Assembly: GCA_965240325.2 (NCBI GenBank)
Contig: OZ251247.1
Location: 186,001 to 250,000, forward strand
Direction: 5' to 3'
DNA length: 64,000 nucleotides
From: Rebecca billardiae RCC1528
Taxonomy: Eukaryota > Protista > Haptophyta
Below the pieces are notes generated by a model. That model did not search any database, was not told where the DNA came from, and was given only the letters and a program-made list of their open reading frames with translations. The stretch's first letter is position 1. Each line of letters begins with the position of its first letter. Below, piece by piece: positions 38,770 through 48,102 of the stretch. The translations under genes and the position numbers were made by a program.

Positions 38770-40172
38770 GTGGCGGCGGCGGCGGTGGCGGTGGGCTGCA
38801 GCCCGGTGGCGGCGATGGCGAGGACGACGCGGGTGGCGGCGGCGGTGGCGGCGGGTGCGTCGGGCGCATCCGCGTGGGCTGCGTGTGCGCGCGCATGCTC
38901 GCCTGCTACGCACCGCCGCCAAGCGACGGCGTCGGAGGGCCAAGCGCCGCCGCCGCGCACGCGGCCCACGCTCCCAACCTGCCGCATGCAGCGGCCGCGG
39001 GCGTCGCCGCGGCGGCGGCGGCGGTGCCCGGCTCAGCGGCGGCCGCGGTGGCGCAGCAGCACGAGGAGGCGGAGGAGGCGGAGGGCTGCCTGCTGTGCGG
39101 TGGCGTTGCGCTCGCGGGCGGCGGCCGCGTGCAGCCGCCGACCGCGCCCGCCGCGCCCGCGGGCGCGGACGGCGCGGCGGTGGGGGTGTGCGGCGGCTGC
39201 GTCGCCGCGGCGGAGGCGGAGGGCGGGCTGCGCATCGCGCGCCTCCCCGCGCCGCGCGCCTGGGGCGGCGATGGCGGCGGCGCGTCGGACGGCAGCGGCA
39301 GCGACCCGTGTGAGAGCGACGGCGAGGCGGGAGATTGCAATCTCCCGTGCGAGAGCGACGACGACGAGGGAGATTGCAATCTCCTGGGCGAGAGCGACGG
39401 CGACGAGCCGCGTGCCGGCGGCGACGTCGACGGCCCGGCCTTTGCAGACACGGAGCGCGCCGCGCTCTCATCCTCTGACGACGCCGACGCCGACGCCGAC
39501 GCGCCGAGCGCTCCCGCGAGCGGCGGCGGTGGCGGCGGCGGCGGCGCGCGAGTCCGCCCGCGGCGCAGCGCGCCTCTTTCGCCGCCGCACGTGCGCCGGC
39601 GGCGCGAGCCCGCGCCCTCGGCCGCGGCGCGCGCGCTCCAGCCCGGGGCGGAGATTGCAATCTCGCCGCGCCCGCCGCGCGCGCTGCGCCCCCTCGAGCC
39701 CGCCGTCCCGCCGCGCCACCTGGCGGTGATCGAGGCGTGGTTCCCCGTGTGTGACGAGGAGGAGGAGGCGGAGGCGGAGGCGGGCGGGGCGGCGCGGGCG
39801 GGCGGCTGGTGCGGCGGCGCGCCGTGCAGGTTCGAGCCGGAGGCGCTCGAGCTGTGCGAGGCGCTGGACGTGGCGCTGCGCACGCGCGCGCCGGGGAGAT
39901 TGCAATCTCCGCACGCGCCGCCCGCGCGGAGGCTGTGCGGGGCGCGCGGCCGCAGCGGCGGCGTTGGCGTTGGCGTTGGTGGCGGCGGCGTGGCGGCGTG
40001 TGGCGGCAGTCTGCGCACGGCACCGCGCGCCGCTGACGCCGCAGTCGCAGCAGCGAGCAGCAGCAGCGCCCCCAGCACGGTGCGCTGCGCCTTTGAGGGC
40101 GACGAGCGCGTGTGGGGTGCGTACGAGCGCGTCGACTCCAACTTCTGGGCACTCGCGCGGCCCACGTGGTGA
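37791..40172 (+). CDS. F-box protein with low-complexity C-terminal region (not of the RCC1 family)
   Basis: SPIARLPADVLSAVLSLDASPADMIAAQLVCRAWHAALLSDESAWQSLVLRTW is a typical F-box. One long ORF; the start could be 37791 or 37851. Confidence 0.75.
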
Positions 40173-40716
40173 GCGAACCCCAGCCCGAACCCTAGCCCTA
40201 ACCCTAACCCTAACCCTAGCCCTCGACTCCAACTCGATGGGCGCACGCGGTGACGTTACCACTGACGTCTGGCGTGGGTCTGACGTGGTGAGCTGTGACG
40301 TGCTGCCATCAAGGTGGAGAGGTGCGCGCAGCCCGCGACGGGCAGCGCGCAGCTGATGGCGCCCGGTGTCGGTGACCGGTCCGTGGATGCCAGACGATTA
40401 GAAGCTGGCAGCAGCCTGAGACTCGGCGTCCGCCCTGGCTGGTACGCTCCGCCATCGCACTCGCTTGTGCCCGCCGAGTAACGATGGCGGCGCAGTCCGG
40501 AGGAGTCCGGAGGAGAGTACCAGACAGGCGTCCGCCTTACACAGCACCTTGGCACGCCGCATGCACGCTCGGCTACTTGCAGCACGTGATGAAATCGGAA
40601 ATTGATTGTTCGTTCGATGATCGAGAAAATCCAGTAGGCAGCCCAAGATGGCGCCCGCGCGCCAGCTGGGCCGCCGCCTGGCCAAAGCTACGGCAGGCCT
40701 TCTGTGCCGGGGGTGG

Positions 40717-40887
40717 GTGGCACTGGGTTACCAATTATGAAAATCAATAGCAAACCCAGTGCCAGGCGGGTAGCAGTGGCACTGGGTCCCCATATGTCAT
40801 CATAGAAGAAGTGGCACTGGGTTCATAGAAGGGTGGCACTGGGTCACTTAGAGGTGGCACTGGGTTCGAATAGAGGTGGCACTGGGT
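40717..40887. repeat. Array of GTGGCACTGGGT motifs (6 direct, 1 inverted)
   Basis: Direct copies at 40717, 40776, 40811, 40833, 40854 and 40876; inverted copy at 40754-40764. Confidence 0.9.
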
Positions 40888-40894
40888 TCAATAG

Positions 40895-41150
40895 AGAAGC
40901 CGCTCGCTCATACCAAACACCAGTCTCCAGATATGGACGAAAGTTGCGACGGTTCGCGAAGCGCACCGGCCCTCGCCAGCGCGGCCCGGTTTGGCACGAC
41001 GCGTCAACGCATCATGTCTTTCGTCAGCCACGCTCGTGCGGGTTCCGCGGCCTGCGGGCGTTCCAGCGGCTTGATATCCCGATGCGATGCGATGCATCGT
41101 GAGCAGGGAGCTCTGCTCAACCCTTTCCGATGGCAGGATCGTCTCCTCCA
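40895..41150 (-). pseudogene. Possible decayed protein-kinase fragment
   Basis: Minus strand shows AIGKGL...HDAS.IAHRDIKPL(N) and, downstream, a D..FGMSE remnant across frameshifts. No intact ORF. Confidence 0.35.
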
Positions 41151-43267
41151 TCCGCTCCTCGCAGTGGCCACGCGGCCGGGTCGCAGCGCGCGCTCTCGCA
41201 CGGGCGGGTGACGATGATTCGGGTGTTCCGACACCCCCATCGTCTGGCGTCTTCGCGAGTCAGGCGAGCGCTCGCCACTCTCGCATACATTTCACGTCTT
41301 GCATCGAGCTCGCCGTGTGTGGGTCGCCTGAAGCTGCGAGCGATCTTGTGGCCACTGCTACGCTCACGCCGCCAATCTGCATCGTTGTGCGGTGGTCGAG
41401 GTGCGGCCGAGCGCGCTTCAACGAGGTCAATCATCTCAACATCACAACGCCCCGCCGGGATATGCTGCCTGGGCATAACGGCGAAACGCAATCGGCTGCT
41501 GCGCACCGTCAGCTGCTGCTGCCATTTGGCGCTCACCTGCGTAGTTGTTCTCCATCTCATTGTCGTCGCGACGTAGCAGTGCAGAGTGCTGCAGTGCTCC
41601 CAAGTCCTGCTTTGCCGGCGCCGTGTTATCGTCGTCATCACGCTTCAGCTTCTGATCGGCTGATCGGCATCATGTGCCACATGGCACGGCGCCGACTGGC
41701 GACTGCGCCGCAGCGCCGGCAGCATCGAGACTCGAGTGAGCACGCTCCAGACTCACTGATAGAATCATACTCAGTCTGATTGAATTTACTCAGAAGTACG
41801 GATAGAGATTAGTCATTAGAGGGCCGCACGTCACGGCCGGAGCCGCTGCTTCATGTGCACCTCTCGACAGTTTGGCAGTGACAGTGATGGCACTGCCGAT
41901 GACAGCAGCCAATGCAAGTTCTAAGTCTCAGGACAGGGCAGTGCATGCTGGCAGTGCGGCGTGAGTCGCTGTGCTAATGGCGCAGCGGATGGCACTGCGT
42001 GAGCGGAGCGCGGCCGGGACGCTGTCGCTTACAGCAACCCGCCTGCATCGCCCCCTCACGCCGTCTGTCGCCATGACGGTGCCAGTCCAAGCGATGCGGC
42101 TGGTGGCGGTGGGTCGAGTGTTACAGCCGATGACTGCGCTGGCGGCGGCGCTCCTCGCCAACACCTCGGCGACGCTCAACCTGGATTATGTGTGCCCACG
42201 GCGCACGGGCGCAGCGACGCGTGCTGCGCGCGGTGTGTATCATCGCGGCGGAGGGGGAGAGAGCCGCGCGCGCGGAGCAGCACCCGCGTGCGGCGCCGCA
42301 GCAGTGGCGCCACAGCAGTGGCCGTCGCGCGAGGTTGCGGCCGTGGCCGGCGCGTGTGCCCGGCCGCGCGCACCGCCCCACTGCTGACAGTGCGTGTGGC
42401 AGGTGTGGCCGGGTGCGTGGCCGTGTGCCGCGTGGGCGAGTGGGCGCGCGCGCAATCAGGCAGGCCGCAGGGACTGTGCTGGCGTAGCAGTGGTAAGCAG
42501 CGGTGACTGCGGTGAGGCGCGCGGTAAGTACCGTTGTGGCGTGGGCTGACGGTGAGTGACACCTCCGCCGACCGCCGGTGCGGCCCGCGTGAGAGTGATA
42601 ACCGCATATTCACATCCTCCGATTCCTCCCTCTCTCTTTCCTTTCTCCCTCTTTTTCCCTCCCTCTTCTCCCCCTGTCAAAGGGTGAAGAGAGCGACAGG
42701 GCCGTGAGGCCCGAGAGCGTGACGAGGGGGGCGAGGATGCCCCGAGAGACGGAGGTTCGACTGATGCAACGCGAAGCGGTACGAACTGAACGAGCCGGTC
42801 ACTAGGGGGGCATCCGACAGTCCTAGGACCGTGTAGGAGGCACTGATAGCCATCAACGGGTAAGTCGTGAAATGAACCATGATGGGAGTAAGAGTGATGC
42901 CGACCTGATAACGAGAGTCGGCGTATGTGGTGTCCAGTGACGGTTGGTGATCCGGGTGTGTACGCACAGGAGAGCGAGTCCGGTAACGTTGGATCTTGAC
43001 ACCCCCACCCAATCGCAGCGGTGGTCGTACGAAACCTGGTCGACCCGAAGGGACTGGGTGTAGACGTGTGACCGTCGTGTGATTGTAGATGATGCGATGT
43101 TGCCGTATGGGATGCATGCGTCGGAGCGGTTGTCCGAGTAGACGATGTAGAAGTCGGGCGAGTCGGTGCCGGCAGCGTCTCCGTTCAGAAGAGACAGCGC
43201 GAGGTCAATGTGCGTCCGACGAGCGGCGACCGATGTAGCACTGGGACTTCGTGTGTGCGGCGAGGCC

Positions 43268-45643
43268 TTACATGCCCAGGATCTGAGCACGAAGTTTGAG
43301 GAAGGCGGCCGGGCCGAGCGGCTTGGTCATGATGTCGGCCGGGTTCTCGGTGCCGGGGATCAAGAAGAGCTTGACGGTGCCGGCGCGGGCGTGCTGACGG
43401 TTCCAGTGGTACTGGACGTCGATGTGCTTGGTGCGGTTGTGGTACTTCTCGTTGTCCGTGAGGTCCACCACAGCCTTGTTGTCCTCGAAGAGCTTGGTCG
43501 GCGCTAGCTGCGGGTAGCCGAGGTCGGTGAGCAGCTTGCGCATGAAGATGATCTCCTTGCCGGCGGAGGTGACGGCCATGTACTCAGCTTCGGTCGAGCT
43601 CAGAGCCGTCGTGCGCTGCTTCTCGCGGCGGCCGCTCACCGTCGAGCCGCAGAGGTGCATCACGTAGCCGGTGACAGACTTGCGCTCGTCGTGGAGGTCG
43701 TTGGCGTAGTCGGCGTCCACGTACGCGATGAGCGTGACGTCCGAGCCCGAGCGGAAGAAGAGGCCGAGGTTCGGCGTGCCGGCGAGGTAGCGGATGACGC
43801 GCTTGGCAGCCTCGAGGTGCTTCTTGCCCGGCTTGGACATGAAGTGGGTGAGCGTGCCGACGGCGTAGGCGATGTCCGGGCGAAACTGCGTGATGTGGAT
43901 GAGCGAGCCGACCACGGAGCGGAAGAACGTCGTCGTCTCCGCGTCGAGCGCGTCTGACTCGGAGCACGGGCCGAGCTTGAGGCCCTCGGTCATCGGCGTG
44001 TCGGACGTGTTGCAGTTCATGAAGCCCGTCTTCTCGAGGAGCTCGAGGATGTTCTTGGTGACGGTCACCATGATGCCGTCCTTGGAGCGCGTGAGCGTGG
44101 CCGACAGGTAGCCGTCGATGTCGGCCGTGATGGTCATCTTGTACGAGGATGTGATCTTCGAGATGAAGTGGTCGCAGGCGGTCGGGTCGTCGCTGTCGTC
44201 GAGGATGAGCATGTCGTCCACGTAGATGCACACGGCGATGATGCCCGACTGCGTGTTGAGGACATAGAGGCACGGGTCGGCCTGGCTCTGCGCGAACCCG
44301 TACTCCTTCATCCAGTCGTCGATCATGAGACGCCAGTTGCGGCCGGACTGCTTGAGACCGTAGAGGCTCTTGAGGAGGCGCAGCACGACGTCGCCCTTCG
44401 TCTTCGGCTTGTACCCGAGCGGCAGCTCGAGGTAGATCTCGTAGTCGATCGGCGCGTTGAGGTACGCCGTCGTGAAGTCGCCGTGGAAGAGGCGGCGCTG
44501 CTTGGCCGCGGCGATGGCGATGATCATCTTGAGGGTCTCGTAGCGGACGACCGAGGAGAAGGTCTCGTCGTAGTCGATGCCCTCGATCTGCGTGAAGCCC
44601 TTGCCCACGACGCGGGCCTTGAACCGCTTGATGTTGCCCTTCTTGTCGCGCTTGATGTTGAACACGGGCGCCGCCTTCAGCGTGCGCATCCCCGGCTTGC
44701 GCGGCACCTCCACCCACGTGTCGTTGGCCAGGATGGAGGCGTACTCGGCGTCGAGAGCGGCGGCGAACTGCGTCGCATGCGGGCCGTTGAGTGCTTGCAC
44801 CGCCGTCGGCGTGTCCGAGAGTCCGATGGCGAGCAGGAGCGCGTAGATGCGCGGCAGCTTGGAGTAAGTCGGCGACGCGACCGAGTTGACGTGTGCGCGC
44901 GCGCGCGTGCGAGATGAGGGCGGGTCGTCGTCGTTGAGCGCGTTGTCGACATCGAGGGAGTCCTCGGCGCCGGCGGCGTCGTCGTCAGCGTCTCCGACGT
45001 AGGCGTGCGGTGCGTCCCCCACCCGCTCAGCGTGTCCGAATGCGCCAGCGCCATCGCGGCGCCGGACGGCGCCGTGGGAACTTCCCCCATTACCCACATC
45101 GGCAGCATGGAGGTCGAGCGGCGGCGGCGTCGGCGGCAGCTGCGGCGCGGCGGCGAGCGGGTCGCGCGCGATGTGAGCGGCGTCGGGGTGGTCGACGTAG
45201 AGCGTGTCCTCGTCGAAGCGCACGTGGTGCGAGATGATGAACATGTCCGGGACGATCTGGCCGTCGCCGGGCACGCGCACGATGATCGCCTTCGTGTAGC
45301 GCGTGCGGTTCTTGGGCGGGACGTTCACCATGTGGCCGTCGTCGCCGTGGCCGACGTAGACGCCCATGACGGCGCGCGGGTCGAGCTTCTTGAAGTGCGT
45401 GTTCGGCGGCACGACGTAGGCGACGCAGCCGAAGACACGCAGCTGAGCGAGATCTGGCGGGAAGCCGCGCAGCAGCTCGAACGGCGTCTTGTCGAACGTC
45501 ACCGGCGTGGCGATGCGGCGGATGATGTACGCGGCGTGGCGCAGCGCGTCCTTGGCGTAGGCGTCGATGCGCAGCTTGGAGTGGAACAGGATCGAGCGCG
45601 CCGCGTTGAAGAGCATCAGTCGAACCTCCGTCTCTCGGGGCAT
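43268..45643 (-). CDS. Copia pol remnant: integrase C-terminal part, reverse transcriptase and RNase H
   Basis: LFNAARSILFHS...KTPFELL...LRVFGCVAYV...KKLDPRA (IN tail), RFKARVVGKGFTQIEGIDYDETFS, LLKSLYGLKQSGRNW, IYVDDMLI, YVDADYAND..RKSVTGY, ALSSTEAEYMA, NPADIMTKPL. Confidence 0.95.
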   Translation of the reverse strand: MPRETEVRLMLFNAARSILFHSKLRIDAYAKDALRHAAYIIRRIATPVTFDKTPFELLRGFPPDLAQLRVFGCVAYVVPPNTHFKKLDPRAVMGVYVGHGDDGHMVNVPPKNRTRYTKAIIVRVPGDGQIVPDMFIISHHVRFDEDTLYVDHPDAAHIARDPLAAAPQLPPTPPPLDLHAADVGNGGSSHGAVRRRDGAGAFGHAERVGDAPHAYVGDADDDAAGAEDSLDVDNALNDDDPPSSRTRARAHVNSVASPTYSKLPRIYALLLAIGLSDTPTAVQALNGPHATQFAAALDAEYASILANDTWVEVPRKPGMRTLKAAPVFNIKRDKKGNIKRFKARVVGKGFTQIEGIDYDETFSSVVRYETLKMIIAIAAAKQRRLFHGDFTTAYLNAPIDYEIYLELPLGYKPKTKGDVVLRLLKSLYGLKQSGRNWRLMIDDWMKEYGFAQSQADPCLYVLNTQSGIIAVCIYVDDMLILDDSDDPTACDHFISKITSSYKMTITADIDGYLSATLTRSKDGIMVTVTKNILELLEKTGFMNCNTSDTPMTEGLKLGPCSESDALDAETTTFFRSVVGSLIHITQFRPDIAYAVGTLTHFMSKPGKKHLEAAKRVIRYLAGTPNLGLFFRSGSDVTLIAYVDADYANDLHDERKSVTGYVMHLCGSTVSGRREKQRTTALSSTEAEYMAVTSAGKEIIFMRKLLTDLGYPQLAPTKLFEDNKAVVDLTDNEKYHNRTKHIDVQYHWNRQHARAGTVKLFLIPGTENPADIMTKPLGPAAFLKLRAQILGM

Positions 45644-45648
45644 CCTCG

Positions 45649-47606
45649 TACCGGACGATCAGGTCATCGATGTAGGCGCCGGCGTCACCGAAAGACCGTG
45701 CGCGATGGATCTCGGCCTCGGCCGCGGCGGCTGCGGCGAGGAACTCGTACGGGCTGAGCGTGAGCGGCTCTCCGGCGAGCTGGCCGAGGTGGCCGAGCGG
45801 GTAGGTGTGGTTGCCCGCGATGGAGACGTCGTCCAGGCTGGGGCAGTCGTCGGACGTGTCCGAGGTCGCGTCCGAAGCCGAGGTCGTGGGCGAGGGAGTG
45901 CACGGGACAAGGTCCGGCAGCTCATCGTCCGTCTCCGAGGCCGAGTCGGAGGCGGAGTCGTCGCGGTCGTCCGGGGGGTTGGCGAGACGGAACGGCTTGA
46001 GGTGGAACGGCTCGTAGGAGGCGGGCTTGCGGATGGACTGGCGCAACGCCATGATGATCACATTCTGGCCGCGCTCGAGCTCGGCCGCCGTCGCGAGCTG
46101 GATCGGGGAGCCGGCCTCAGACGCCGGCGGCGACGGCGAGTCGACCTGCGTCGGCGGCGACGGCGGGCCGAAGGGCGGCGGCGGCGAGCTGGCCTGCGTC
46201 GGCGGGTCGAACAGTGGCGGCGGCGGCGAGTAGAGCGCCGGCTGCTGGTCGATGAGCGACAGCGCCGGCTGCTGCGAGTCGGCGGGCGGCGGCAGCGGCG
46301 GCGTGTTGGTGAGCGCCGGCTGCGAGTTGGAGTGCGCCCGCGACAGCTGCGGGTCGGCGGGCGGCGGCGAGTTGGCGGGCGCCGGCGGCGGCGGCGGCGC
46401 GCCGGCGGGCTGCCGCGACGACGGCGTGAGGACGAGCGTCGGCAGCGAGTTGAAGCGCGCCCGCGACAGCGGCGAGTCGGCGGGCGGCTGCGAGTTGGCG
46501 GGCGGCGGCGGCGGCGCGTCGGCGTCGGTCGCCGCCGGCTGCGAGTTGGGGCCTGACGCCGAGCCCGAGATGGAGATGGCGTTGAGCGTCGGCGTGCCGT
46601 CCTGGATGAGCCGCACGCGCGTCGTGGTCGCCGACGGCTTCGCCCGCTGCGGCGTCGGCTGCGGCTGCGACTGCGAGGGCGCGGAGGGCACGCGCTGGAG
46701 CTTGTTGGACTTGTGAGTCGGGCGGCGCGCGCCGCCGGAGCGAGCGTCGGCTGCGGGCGTCGCGCCCGAGGAGCGCGAGGTGGACGTCTGGGGGCGGTTC
46801 GGGCAGTCGCGGTTCCAGTGCATGCCGCCGCAGTACTTGCACGGGGTAGGAGGCATGGATGCGCCGGGCTGGCCCTTGGAGGTGAGCGCGTTGACGGCCT
46901 GGCGGTTGGGGTTCGTGCCGTTGGCGGCGGCGGCGACGCGGTCGAGATCGTGCACGCGCTCGATGAGATCCTCCACAGAGATGGGCTGGTCGTTCATCGT
47001 CGCGATCACCGAGCTGACGAAGGACGGGTTGCGGCCGTAGAGGTTCACGAGGATGACGACGAGCGTGAAGATGTCGTCCTTGATCTCGACGCCGCGCAGC
47101 TCCGTGGCGTTGGACATCACACGAGCAGCAAAGGTGTGGAAGCTCTCGCTCGGCGACAGCTTGATCGAGAGCAGGGCGTACAGCTTGGCGACGAGCGAGG
47201 AGGGGCGGGAGCTGTTGCAGCGCACGTTGAGCGCGTTGACGAGATGAGACAGCTCGAGCCCGAGACCCGAGTGCTGCAACTGCGCGATGATCGGGTCGAG
47301 GATGCGAGGAGCGACCGCCTTGAGAAGCAACTGCACGATGAAAGCCTGCGTGCGCAGCTGCTTGGCCTGGATGGTGGCGGCGGCGGTGGACGGGGGGCAG
47401 ACGATGGGCTTGTCCGCGCCGGTATCGTCCTTGCCCGGCTCGAGGGGCGAGGACGGGTTGGAGAACGCGAGCGCGACGTCCATGTCCGGCTTCGACGTGA
47501 CCATGACCACAAGAACGGAGATGGCCGTGCGGAGGTCCTGCGGCTTGAGGACGAGAGCTCGCGGCGGGAGCTGGTCACGCATGTCGCCACCCGGCGGCTC
47601 CGCCAT
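45649..47606 (-). CDS. Copia gag with CCHC knuckle and Pro-rich repeats (frame reads on to a stop at 45090, past the deletion junction)
   Basis: LYALLSIKLSPSESFHTFAARV gag helix, CKYCGGMHWNRDC knuckle, and duplicated PPPPANSQPPADSPLSRA units. Confidence 0.85.
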
Positions 47607-48102
47607 GTCAAAGGGTGAAGAGAGCGACAGGGCCGTGAGGCCCGAGAGCGTGACGAGGGGGGCGAGGATGCCCCGAGAGACGGAGGTTCGACTGATGCAA
47701 CGCGAAGCGGTACGAACTGAACGAGCCGGTCACTAGGGGGGCATCCGACAGTCCTAGGACCGTGTAGGAGGCACTGATAGCCATCAACGGGTAAGTCGTG
47801 AAATGAACCATGATGGGAGTAAGAGTGATGCCGACCTGATAATGAGAGTCGGCGTATGTGGTGTCCAGTGACGGTTGGTGATCCGGGTGTGTACGCACAG
47901 GAGAGCGAGTCCGGTAACGTTGGATCTTGACACCCCCTTCTTCCTCCCTCTTCCTCCCTCTCTCTTTCCCTTTTCGCGCCGTCGCAAAGTTAAAAATGGA
48001 GTCCACCCCCGTTATAAGGGGCCTGCCAAAGCTACACGCCAGCGCGCAAGCACCGCCCGCCACGCGCGAGCAGGGCGACACAGCGGTGCACCGCCTCGCG
48101 CG

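Larger units (their letters stand above)
42675..47932 (-). mobile_element. Ty1/copia LTR retrotransposon, recently inserted, lacking protease and most of integrase
   Basis: 327-bp LTRs at 42675-43001 and 47606-47932 (TGTCA...TGACA; one C/T difference seen). 5-bp TSD CCCCC. PPT (GGGTGGGGG on minus, 43002-43010). PBS-like TGGCGG directly after the 5' LTR. Confidence 0.95.

Noticed and set aside
40717-40887. CRISPR-like array
   Set aside because: Repeats are 12 bp and most spacers ~10 bp and similar to each other; eukaryotic context; no cas genes.
45655-45690. YIDDLIV as a second RT active site at the end of gag
   Set aside because: Isolated 7-aa match with no other RT motifs around it; the real YVDD is in the pol ORF.
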